From an uncultured Verrucomicrobiota bacterium (lineage in GTDB: Bacteria; Verrucomicrobiota; Verrucomicrobiia; Palsa-1439; CAZOTB01): a DNA stretch of 64,000 bases. Position numbers and translations under genes: made by a program. The DNA lies in the NCBI GenBank assembly GCA_964582645.1, contig CAZOTB010000001.1:2845-66844 (forward strand), in the 5' to 3' direction. Under the pieces are notes generated by a model. That model saw only the letters and a program-made list of their open reading frames with translations. It was not told where the DNA came from and did no database searches. How positions within the stretch are numbered: the first letter of the stretch is position 1; each line of letters begins with the position of its first letter. Positions 56,073-64,000 of the stretch are shown here, piece after piece.

Positions 56073-57614
56073 TCATTTCCGCCGACGCCACCAGACAACG
56101 ATGCCGGCGACCGCGACGACGCCCGGCATGCCAAACACCACGAACAACCGCAGCGTTTGCTCCTGCACTTCGTCCAGGCTCAATCGAAACTCCCGGGGCG
56201 CTTTCGGGCTGATGCCGGTCACGCGGCCCTCCCGCTCGCCAATGAGCCAGGTGACCATGTTCAGGAACAGATCGAGGTTCGACTCGTCCATCGCGGCGTT
56301 GGCGACGAAACCGGAACTGCCCGTCACCACCATGCGGGTCGAAGGCAGATCCACGCCCGTGCCCGGCACGTTGCCGGATTCGACGGCGGCAGCGAGGATC
56401 AGCGGGCCGGCTTTGTCGGTCTTCTCGTCGAATTGGATGTCATCGGTGTTGGACAGGTCTGATTCGCCCCAGAATGCCTTGTGACTCCTGGCAAGCCAAG
56501 TCGCTCGCGGCAGATCGGGCGCGCCCCGGGGCGGCTGCTCGACCACTTCGAGCGAACGGGACAGCGGGAAGCTGGTGTTCTTGCCCTTCATCTTCTGCAC
56601 GATCGGATGCCCACTGTACTCGAATGCAATCGCGCTCGCGCTCAACTGCGAAGAGATGCCCAGCACCGACACGATTCCGACCACGGTGTCGTTGTTCGCC
56701 TTGACGCCCCAGCGGGCAAGCAACTCTTCCAAGCCAGAGTTTTTGTGCGCATCGAGCATCACGAGCACCCGACCCTTGTTCTGCACGTACTGTTCGATGA
56801 TGGCCAGCTCCGGTTTCGAGATCGGCACCGTCGGTCCCGCGATCACGAGCACGCTGTCCTCGGACGGGATGGCGTTGGTGGTGGCGAGATTGATGGTGGC
56901 AACCTTCAGGTTCTCGCGTTTGAGCGCGGTGGCAAGCGATGAATAACCCCGACGCTCGTCGAAGTCTTCCGGGTCATGCTCGCCATGGCCGGTGAGAAAC
57001 CAGACCGTGGGCTGTTTCGATTCGAGGACGTTCTGGATCGCGGAAGTGAACGCCTGCTCTCCCTTGAAGGCCTTCTTCCTCGGCGGACCGCCGAACATCC
57101 CGCCGCCGTAATCCATCTCGACGATCTCGGAGACGTTTACGTACTTGCTCTTCTTGTTCGTGCCCTCGCCGCGGACGAAGATGACGCCGTTGGGCGTGTT
57201 GATGTCGTACTCCTTCACGAGCTGTTCGACGCGTGCGAAGTTGCGGTCGGGGTCCACGTACTCGATGGTGAAATTCTTCGGGTTCAAGTCCTCGTACTCG
57301 CGGAGCAGGTTGCGGACATCGTCAAAAATTTCCTGCGTGGGCTGGAAGAACACGATGCAACGCATCGGTTCCTTGAGCGACTTCACAATCTCGGCCGTCT
57401 TGTCCGAGATCGAGAAGTACTGCGCCTTCGTCCAATCCATCCGCTTGTAATGGCGGATCGAAAGGTAATTGATCATGCCCACGATCGCCGCCGCCAGGAC
57501 GATCACGGCAAGCGTGTTCAGGCTGATGGCAAACTTGCGCGCCGTGCGGAATCCACGGTGGCGCGGCGCCTCTTCGGGAGTTGGGTTCTGTTTCTCGGAA
57601 TCTTCGTTAGCCAT
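56073..57614 (-). CDS. GldG-family ABC-transporter auxiliary protein (ABC_transp_aux)
   Basis: N-terminal TM; large periplasmic region with VFFQPTQ, VWFLTGHGE, VLVIAGP; C-terminal TM. Confidence 0.7.
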   Translation of the reverse strand: MANEDSEKQNPTPEEAPRHRGFRTARKFAISLNTLAVIVLAAAIVGMINYLSIRHYKRMDWTKAQYFSISDKTAEIVKSLKEPMRCIVFFQPTQEIFDDVRNLLREYEDLNPKNFTIEYVDPDRNFARVEQLVKEYDINTPNGVIFVRGEGTNKKSKYVNVSEIVEMDYGGGMFGGPPRKKAFKGEQAFTSAIQNVLESKQPTVWFLTGHGEHDPEDFDERRGYSSLATALKRENLKVATINLATTNAIPSEDSVLVIAGPTVPISKPELAIIEQYVQNKGRVLVMLDAHKNSGLEELLARWGVKANNDTVVGIVSVLGISSQLSASAIAFEYSGHPIVQKMKGKNTSFPLSRSLEVVEQPPRGAPDLPRATWLARSHKAFWGESDLSNTDDIQFDEKTDKAGPLILAAAVESGNVPGTGVDLPSTRMVVTGSSGFVANAAMDESNLDLFLNMVTWLIGEREGRVTGISPKAPREFRLSLDEVQEQTLRLFVVFGMPGVVAVAGIVVWWRRRK

Positions 57615-57623
57615 GGCAGTCGG

Positions 57624-58376
57624 TTATTTCCACTTGCGCGATTCAACGACCTTCTGCGTCACAAACAGCATGAACACCGTGAGGCTCACGTAGAGCACGA
57701 TGCGCCGGCTGTCCACCATCCCGCGCGCGAACTCCCGCATGTGCTCGATGGAACTGGTGTACTCGACGATCTTCTGCTGCCAGCCCGAGCTGTCCAGGAA
57801 CGACAGAAAGCCCAGGAAAAACGCCACCGAGATCAATGCGAACGCAATCACCGCCGCGATGATCTGGTTGCGCGTCAGCGACGAAGCGAACAGGCCGATC
57901 GAAAGGTACAGCGAGCCGATCAGCAACACGCCCGTGAATGCGCCCAGCACAGGGCCGAGCTCGAACGGCGTCGTGTCCTTTGACACCCAGCGCAGCAGGA
58001 AGACATACCCCGCCGTCGGCAGCCAGAGGATGATGTAGAACACCAGCGCGGCGAAATATTTCGCCAGCACCACGGCCGTGTCCGACACGGGCGCGGTCAT
58101 CAAGGTTTCAATTGTGCCCTGGCGCTTCTCGTCGGCCAGCAAGCGCATCGTCAGAATCGGGATGATCAGGATCAGCGCGTACCAGAACAACGAGGTCTGG
58201 AAAAACACCTCCGTCACGCTGACTTCGGTCGGTCCCTTGGCGTTGTTGAACACGGCCACCAGGATCGAGAAATACACGCCGGTGATGACCAGGAACAGCA
58301 TCAGCACCACGTACGCAATCGGCGACACGAAATACGCGCTCAACTCCCGCCGCAGCAGAGTCCAGATTCCGCTCAT
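57624..58376 (-). CDS. ABC-2 type transporter permease (GldF-like)
   Basis: 250 aa, 6 TM; LRRELSAYFVSPIAYVV is a typical ABC-2 N-terminus. Confidence 0.8.
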   Translation of the reverse strand: MSGIWTLLRRELSAYFVSPIAYVVLMLFLVITGVYFSILVAVFNNAKGPTEVSVTEVFFQTSLFWYALILIIPILTMRLLADEKRQGTIETLMTAPVSDTAVVLAKYFAALVFYIILWLPTAGYVFLLRWVSKDTTPFELGPVLGAFTGVLLIGSLYLSIGLFASSLTRNQIIAAVIAFALISVAFFLGFLSFLDSSGWQQKIVEYTSSIEHMREFARGMVDSRRIVLYVSLTVFMLFVTQKVVESRKWK

Positions 58377-59335
58377 GCTTCCTCTTCCTCCTCATGCTGC
58401 TTGGCGGCGCGGGTGAGCTCGACGAAAATGTCCTCGAGCGATTGCTTTTGCCGGCTCAACTCGCGGATCGTCCAGCGATTCGAGATGGCCTTCTCGAACA
58501 CCGCCTCCCGCAAATCGCTGTTGCCGTTCGGATGGATCGAGCAGCGGACGTATCCTTCATCCACCCGCTCGGTATGGATCGCTTGCACGCCCGGGATGCT
58601 CCAGAACTGTTTCTCCACCACATCGGGGTTCAATCCTTTGACCTCGACCACGGTCGCGCCGCCGCTCTTGAGGGTCTTGGTCAGGTTTGCAGGCGTGTCC
58701 GAGGCGACCACCTTGCCTTTGTGAATGATGATGACCCGATTGCAGGTCATCTCCACTTCCGGCAGGATATGCGTCGAGAGCAGAATGGTGTGTTGTTTGC
58801 CGAGGCTCTTGATCAATTCGCGCACCTGCCGGATTTGATGCGGGTCGAGTCCGATGGTCGGCTCGTCGAGAATCAGCAGATCGGGGTCATGCACCAGCGA
58901 ATCGGCGAGGCCGACGCGTTGTTTGTAGCCTTTCGAGAGCTGGCCGATGATCTTGCGCTCGACATCGTTGAGCCCGCACTGCTCTTTGACGCGTTCGACG
59001 CGTTCCTTGCGGAGCTTGCGGGGCACTTGCTTCAGGCGCGCCCGGTAGTTCAGGTACTCGTTGACGCGCATCTCGAGGTAGAGCGGGTTGTTCTCCGGCA
59101 TGTAGCCAACGCGTTTCCGCACTTCCTGCGATTCGTCGAACACATCGAACCCGGCCACGGAGACGCGCCCCGAGGTGGCGGGCATGAAGCACGACAAGAT
59201 GCGCATCGTCGTGCTCTTCCCCGCGCCGTTGGGCCCGAGAAAGCCGACGATCTCGCCCCTCTGCACCTCGAAGCTCACGTTGTCCACCGCGGTGAATCCC
59301 GCGTAGCTCTTTGTCAGGTTTGCGACTTTGATCAT
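58373..59335 (-). CDS. ABC transporter ATP-binding protein (GldA-like)
   Basis: MIKVANLTKSY...GPNGAGKST (Walker A), LSKGYKQR (signature), LLILDEPT (Walker B). The internal ATG at 59335 is preferred; the upstream ORF extension runs through the family-B palindrome. Confidence 0.9.
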   Translation of the reverse strand: MIKVANLTKSYAGFTAVDNVSFEVQRGEIVGFLGPNGAGKSTTMRILSCFMPATSGRVSVAGFDVFDESQEVRKRVGYMPENNPLYLEMRVNEYLNYRARLKQVPRKLRKERVERVKEQCGLNDVERKIIGQLSKGYKQRVGLADSLVHDPDLLILDEPTIGLDPHQIRQVRELIKSLGKQHTILLSTHILPEVEMTCNRVIIIHKGKVVASDTPANLTKTLKSGGATVVEVKGLNPDVVEKQFWSIPGVQAIHTERVDEGYVRCSIHPNGNSDLREAVFEKAISNRWTIRELSRQKQSLEDIFVELTRAAKQHEEEEEA

Positions 59336-59348
59336 GGATACGGAGTTG

Positions 59349-59436
59349 CTGGTTATTCGTTGTTGGTTATTGGTTGTTCGCAAACGACACCACCGGCCCG
59401 ACGCCCATTCACGAGTAACCAATAACCGAGAACCAA
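59349..59436. repeat. Palindromic element, family B (GTTATTGG), empty copy
   Basis: GGTTATTCGTTGTTGGTTATTGGTTGTTCG ... GAGTAACCAATAACCGAGAACCAAC are inverted arms; located between the htrA 3' end and the gldA start. Confidence 0.55.
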
Positions 59437-59438
59437 CT

Positions 59439-60773
59439 TCACTGCGTCGTCACGGACACGACAGACAACTGCTCGAAAACGGCGTTTCCCTGCCGTGTGC
59501 TGGAAATGACGAGCAGCGTCAGGCTGACGTTGCGGGGCACATCCTCAAGAACTCGCCCCACATCGTCAAGACTATTTACATCGCTGCCGCCCACGCGCGC
59601 AATCACATGACCGCGGCGCAGCCCGGCCCGCCATGCGGCGCTGTTGCGTTCCACGTCCGACACCACCACGCCGCGCTGGGAACTCAACGCCAGCGCCCGC
59701 ACCAGGTCGGGTGTCAGTTCCTGCAGCGTCACGCCCAACCGTTGCCGGGCCAGTTCACTGGCCGAATACTTCGGCAGGGCCGCCAACTGGACTTCGACAG
59801 CGCCGAGCCGGGCATCGTTGAACTCAAATTTGACCCTTTCTCCCGCCTCCTTGTGCAACAAGTACCGCTGCAACTCCACCACCGACTTGACTGGGTTCCC
59901 GTCGCAACGCACCACCTCCAGGCCGGCACGAAGGCGCGCCCGGGCCGCCGGGCTGTCCGGCTGCACCTCGGCGATGGTAACCGCCTCGCACGTCTGCTTC
60001 CATTTCACTCCGAACCAGATGCGTTTGCGTTTTTCCAGACTCAGCCATTCGCCCAGAAGCTCGGCGACGCGCTTGACCGGGACGGCGAATCCGATGTTCT
60101 GCGCCTGCTCGATGATGGCGGTGTTAATACCGACCAGCTCGCCCTTGAGATTAACCAGCGGGCCGCCGGAGTTGCCGGGATTGATCGCGGCGTCGGTCTG
60201 GAGGACGCCCTCGATCACCACGTTGCCGTTTTGGTCCACCGCCTGGCGTTCTTTCGAGCTGATAATCCCCCGCGAGACGCTGTTGCCGAACTGGAAGGGA
60301 TTGCCGATGGCGATCACGGTTTCGCCCAGATACACGTCGTCGTCCTTGCCCAGTTCCACAAACGGGAACGGTTTGTCCCGCGAGACCTTGACCAGTGCCA
60401 GGTCGTTCTCAGGGCTGCCCGCGATGAACTTGCCTTCGAATTGCGAGCCGTCGGCGAGCAGGACCGTGATCTTCGATGCGCGCTGGACGACGTGGAAGTT
60501 GGTGATGAGATACCCCGATTCATCCACGAGCACGCCCGAACCCAGGCTGCGCTGCGTCCCGCGGCGGTGATACGGGGCGAAAAACTGGGAGAACACCTCC
60601 GAGTACGGATCGCGGTACTCGACGATCCGTTCGGTGGCGATGTTGACGACGGCGGGCGCGGCCTTCTCGACCGCCAACACCACCGCATCACGACGGATGT
60701 CCGGCGGTTCCGTCGCGAGCACGGAACAGGCGGCCACGGCCGAGGCGATGAAAATCAGGCGATGTAAGTTCAT
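59439..60773 (-). CDS. htrA: HtrA/DegP-family periplasmic serine endoprotease with PDZ domains
   Basis: Signal peptide from the internal ATG at 60773 (MNLHRLIFIASAVAACSVLA). Catalytic triad context HVV...D...GNSGGPL; two PDZ-like regions. Confidence 0.9.
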   Translation of the reverse strand: MNLHRLIFIASAVAACSVLATEPPDIRRDAVVLAVEKAAPAVVNIATERIVEYRDPYSEVFSQFFAPYHRRGTQRSLGSGVLVDESGYLITNFHVVQRASKITVLLADGSQFEGKFIAGSPENDLALVKVSRDKPFPFVELGKDDDVYLGETVIAIGNPFQFGNSVSRGIISSKERQAVDQNGNVVIEGVLQTDAAINPGNSGGPLVNLKGELVGINTAIIEQAQNIGFAVPVKRVAELLGEWLSLEKRKRIWFGVKWKQTCEAVTIAEVQPDSPAARARLRAGLEVVRCDGNPVKSVVELQRYLLHKEAGERVKFEFNDARLGAVEVQLAALPKYSASELARQRLGVTLQELTPDLVRALALSSQRGVVVSDVERNSAAWRAGLRRGHVIARVGGSDVNSLDDVGRVLEDVPRNVSLTLLVISSTRQGNAVFEQLSVVSVTTQ

Positions 60774-60899
60774 CTGGACACTTCGACAGCGTTCGTGGGG
60801 ATTTGTTCTAATGCATCGCTTCGCGCTTGGGAAGAGGCAACTTGCGTTTTTCGGACGCCCTCTGTTATCCTGTGGCGAAACCCGAACTGCGGAGCCCGC

Positions 60900-61295
60900 A
60901 TGCAACTCGCAAAACAACTCGCCATCTTCCTGGAGAACAAACCCGGCACGCTCGCTCGCGTCACCGGTATGTTCGCAAAAGAGAAAATCAACATCCTGGC
61001 GCTGACGATTTCCGACACGGTGGACCACGCGGTGTTGCGCGTGGTGGTGGATAACCCTGACCGCGCCACCCACCTGCTGGAGACCAGCGGCGTCCTCGTC
61101 GTCGAACGCGAGGTGATCGTGATCGAAGGCGGCGCGCGTCCCGGCGACCTGGCAAAGATCGCGCAACGGCTCGCCGCCAACAGCATCAACATCGAATACA
61201 CTTACGGAGCGGTCAGCCCCGGCGCAAAGAAGGGACTGCTGGTCCTGCGCGCGACCGACAACCGACGCGCCATCAAGGTCATGAATCGTCGGTAG
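60900..61295 (+). CDS. ACT domain-containing protein
   Basis: MQLAKQLAIFLENKPGTLARVTGMFAKEKINILALTISDT... is a pair of ACT-like beta-alpha-beta-beta-alpha-beta units. Confidence 0.65.
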   Translation: MQLAKQLAIFLENKPGTLARVTGMFAKEKINILALTISDTVDHAVLRVVVDNPDRATHLLETSGVLVVEREVIVIEGGARPGDLAKIAQRLAANSINIEYTYGAVSPGAKKGLLVLRATDNRRAIKVMNRR

Positions 61296-61331
61296 GTCGC
61301 GGCCCCACCGCGTTATTGGAACGAACTACCG

Positions 61332-62615
61332 ATGAGTCAGCCCCACATCCTGTTCCTGGTCGCGGACAGCCTGCGCGCAGACAAGTTCTTCGCCGCCGTC
61401 CAGAACTCGCGGCTCGACGCGGGCAAACTCATCCGGGAACGCGGCGTATCGTTCGAGAACTTCTATGCCGTCGCCAGCACGACCACGCCGTGCTTTGGAA
61501 GCATCCTGACCGGACTCTATCCCACCCGCAACGGTCTGCGCGCCCATCGCGGCGACAAACTCGGCCATCACGTCCAGACGGTGGCGCATTGGCTGCAGCA
61601 AGCGGGGTATCAAACCGCCGCGCACGTCACCGGCCCCCTCGGGCCCGAGACCGATCTCCACCGCGGGTTCGACCTGTATGAGTTTCGCAATCGCCGCGAG
61701 ACCGAGTACACCGCCTTCGCCAGCCGGATCCGCAAGCGGCTTCACTCGCTGCAATCGAGCCAGCAACCCTGGTTCGAGTTCATTCACTTCTGGCTGCTGC
61801 ACCGCACGCGGCGGTACTCGTTTCTGTATCGCTCGCTGATGCGGTCCCAGCGCGCTTGGTGGCAGAACAGCGCGTCGCTCCTCGACGGACTTCTCAGCCG
61901 CACGATCCAATGGCAGAACGCCGAGCGCACTTACGATCGCTCCCTCGAAGCGCTGCTGTTCTACCTCGACCTGCTGTTCCTCGAATTGGACCTCGACCGC
62001 ACCGTCGTGGTCATCATGGGCGACCACGGCGAATACATCGGCGCCGAGCACGACAGATATCCGTCTCACAATTTCTTCCCTGCGAACCGCGACCATGCGT
62101 TTCACGTCTCCGAGTTCCTTGTAAAAATTCCGTTTGTCGTGATCGCCCCCGAAGTAAAATCGGCCGTGCGCGTCATGGACGTCTGCAGCCAGGTGGACAT
62201 CGCGCCCACCTTGCTCGATCTCGCCGAGTACCGCGTGCTCTCGGACTTCCAGGGATTCAGTTTGCGCCCGCGATTCGGCGGCCAGCGGTTGCCCGACCGT
62301 CCCATCTTCTTCGAGGCCGTCGGCGGCAAGAATTTGCAGCCGGAGAAGCTGATCTCGGGCGTCCGGTTCGACCGATGGAAGTACGTCTGCGCCCCCAACT
62401 CGACGGCGTTCGCACCTGAATTGTTTGACCTTCAGGCCGATCCACACGAGGAGACCAACCTTGCCGCCCAGCAGCCGGATGTCGTCACGCGGGCGCGGTC
62501 GCTCCTGGAGGCGCACTACAACGACTCGCTCTCTCCCGAAGCGCGGCTAAAGATGACCCCCGAGGAGGAGGCGGTTGTCACCGAGCGTCTCAAAGACCTT
62601 GGTTACATCGAGTAG
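61332..62615 (+). CDS. Sulfatase-like (alkaline-phosphatase superfamily) hydrolase/transferase lacking the canonical C/S-x-P-x-R motif
   Basis: ILFLVADSLRAD...ASTTTPCFGSILTGLYP...MGDHGE are sulfatase-fold hallmarks. The formylglycine motif position reads TPCFG rather than CxPxR. Confidence 0.65.
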   Translation: MSQPHILFLVADSLRADKFFAAVQNSRLDAGKLIRERGVSFENFYAVASTTTPCFGSILTGLYPTRNGLRAHRGDKLGHHVQTVAHWLQQAGYQTAAHVTGPLGPETDLHRGFDLYEFRNRRETEYTAFASRIRKRLHSLQSSQQPWFEFIHFWLLHRTRRYSFLYRSLMRSQRAWWQNSASLLDGLLSRTIQWQNAERTYDRSLEALLFYLDLLFLELDLDRTVVVIMGDHGEYIGAEHDRYPSHNFFPANRDHAFHVSEFLVKIPFVVIAPEVKSAVRVMDVCSQVDIAPTLLDLAEYRVLSDFQGFSLRPRFGGQRLPDRPIFFEAVGGKNLQPEKLISGVRFDRWKYVCAPNSTAFAPELFDLQADPHEETNLAAQQPDVVTRARSLLEAHYNDSLSPEARLKMTPEEEAVVTERLKDLGYIE

Positions 62616-64000
62616 CCCGCGTTGCCCCCACAGGCGGTTGGGAGAAGCACACGGCTGTGTCCCCTTGCGGATGATCCATTAATTCCTTCGGGCGCACCGC
62701 CGTGCGCCCCTACGCCGCGGACGTTACCGGGCACCCCCGTGCCCCCGGCGTCATCGGCGGTTCATTTCACCGCAGAGACTCCGAGAGAAGGGCCGCGAAT
62801 ATCAGGTTTGGACACGAATTTCGTCGCAATCATTCCGCCTTCCCTGACTTTGTGCCTTTGCGTCTTGGCGGTTCAACATTCTTTCCCGCCTGTTGCCGAC
62901 CCGACCGGAAAAACCATCGGATCGCCTCCTTCCACAACTCCAACTGCGACCGGGCCAGCGACCGCTCCCGTTCCGTGCGCGCCATGAACTCCCGCGCGGA
63001 CGGCACGGTGGCTCGCTGCCCGGTATCCTTGCAATGGCGCAGATGGCTGATGATGGCGGTCCGATACTCTTTCTGGTGAATGGCTGGCAGGCGTTCCCGG
63101 GCGAGCACCTCGCTCCAGCGCGGAAACCAAATCCAATCTTGCATCGTGCACTTCTCCACGAAAACGACCCCGGCAAAGAACAAACTCACTTTGTCCTTTG
63201 CCCGATCGCGGCACGAGCCAGAGCTGACCATTCCCTGTCCTGAGTGTCAATGGGAATATCCTCCCAGGGTTCAATCAATTCTTTTGGCAGCGAAGAAGGT
63301 GAGGGACTAGTTTTCAGACTGTGGACGGGACCGCAATGCAGTTTGTTTTCTCGGAGAAAATCCTGTCCCATTACGAATGATAGGCTGATATGAAGAAGTG
63401 GTTCAAAGACTGGTCGCCCCTTCCAGCGGACATGCTGATTCAGGTGTTGCTGCCGGTCATCTTCATCATTATCGGCGTGCTTGCTTCGATACTCCTTCCC
63501 GTGTTGCAGCGCGTCCGGCGCGCTGATTCGTGGAGTGTCTTTGGTGTCGCGGTTGCAGCGAGCATTGTCGGCGTTGTGCTTCTGTTTCTGGCGAGGTTGC
63601 CGCTGTATCGGCAGAGGCAGTTCTTCACTTTCGGGCCTCGCTTGTTGGATGCATCGCATCGGCGGCTGTACTGGTTGGCGTACATCTTCGTCGCAGTTTC
63701 GGTTTTTCTTCTGCTCAGTTTGTTGGCGGTGCTCCGATGAGAGAGCCTATCCATGCAGTGGAGCGAACCGCGAGCCAGCCGACCGGCCGGCAGGGTGAAG
63801 TCAGCGTCTGGGGCGGCTGGCTCGCGGTCGCTCACTTTTTACGTTGGGCTGAACCAGCATGAGAATCATTGCAGGAGGAAATCTCGGTCATAGGGTGCGC
63901 GAGCACGACACAAGACTCCTGAAGCACCTCGCTTCCCGCAGGCACGAGTGAGACGGCCTCAGGGGTCTCAGGCGGCTGACCGCCCGAATCAAGATCGAGG

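Noticed and set aside
63230-63300. tRNA-like T-loop (GGTTCAATC) near the integrase-like fragment
   Set aside because: No complementary T-stem, acceptor stem or anticodon arm could be folded by eye. Likely coincidence.

Overview
High-GC (~62-66%) bacterial chromosomal segment, densely coding and mostly clean of frameshifts. Recognisable housekeeping genes: pta plus a separately encoded DRTGG/AAA Pta-N-terminal-like protein, an aldo/keto reductase, a lysA-dapA-dapB-folK cluster, hsp20, fadD-like, pepA, htrA, a hybrid histidine kinase, and a GldA/GldF/GldG/DUF4340 ABC-2 operon. Accessory or unusual content, by position: (1) 5.7-7.1 kb, abutting remnants of an IS630-family transposase and an IS110-family transposase, followed by a ~740 bp non-coding leader. 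(2) 7.8-20.6 kb, two tandem paralogous ABC-importer modules; each pairs a signal-peptide/solute-binding domain fused to a MalF-like permease with a MalG-like permease whose ~400 aa periplasmic loop contains internal repeats. The two copies are separated by a lower-GC islet (AAA+/DUF4143 ATPase, small ORFs). A four-helix-bundle (TIGR02436-like) gene sits inside a palindromic GTTATTGG element that is present as 'empty' copies at two other places. (3) 20.7-23.9 kb, a MacA/MacB-type tripartite exporter with split permease and ATPase. (4) 35.2-45.6 kb, a sigma54 activator (GAF-PAS), three tandem 16 bp inverted repeats, a secreted SBP56/methanethiol-oxidase-like protein, SCO1/SenC, OsmC, a DsrE-like protein, a nitroreductase/SagB-like protein, a convergent YHYH protein, and a fusion of an FAD/NAD(P) oxidoreductase to a NapH/MauN-like polyferredoxin membrane domain. 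This co-localised but uncharacterised sulfur/copper/peroxide redox module is the best candidate here for a novel system. (5) 45.6-47.9 kb, a GH63 glucosidase gene with at least two homopolymer frameshifts. Two families of extragenic palindromes recur at gene ends. No rRNA, tRNA or CRISPR was found. All calls rest on reading the translations by eye; no database search was possible.
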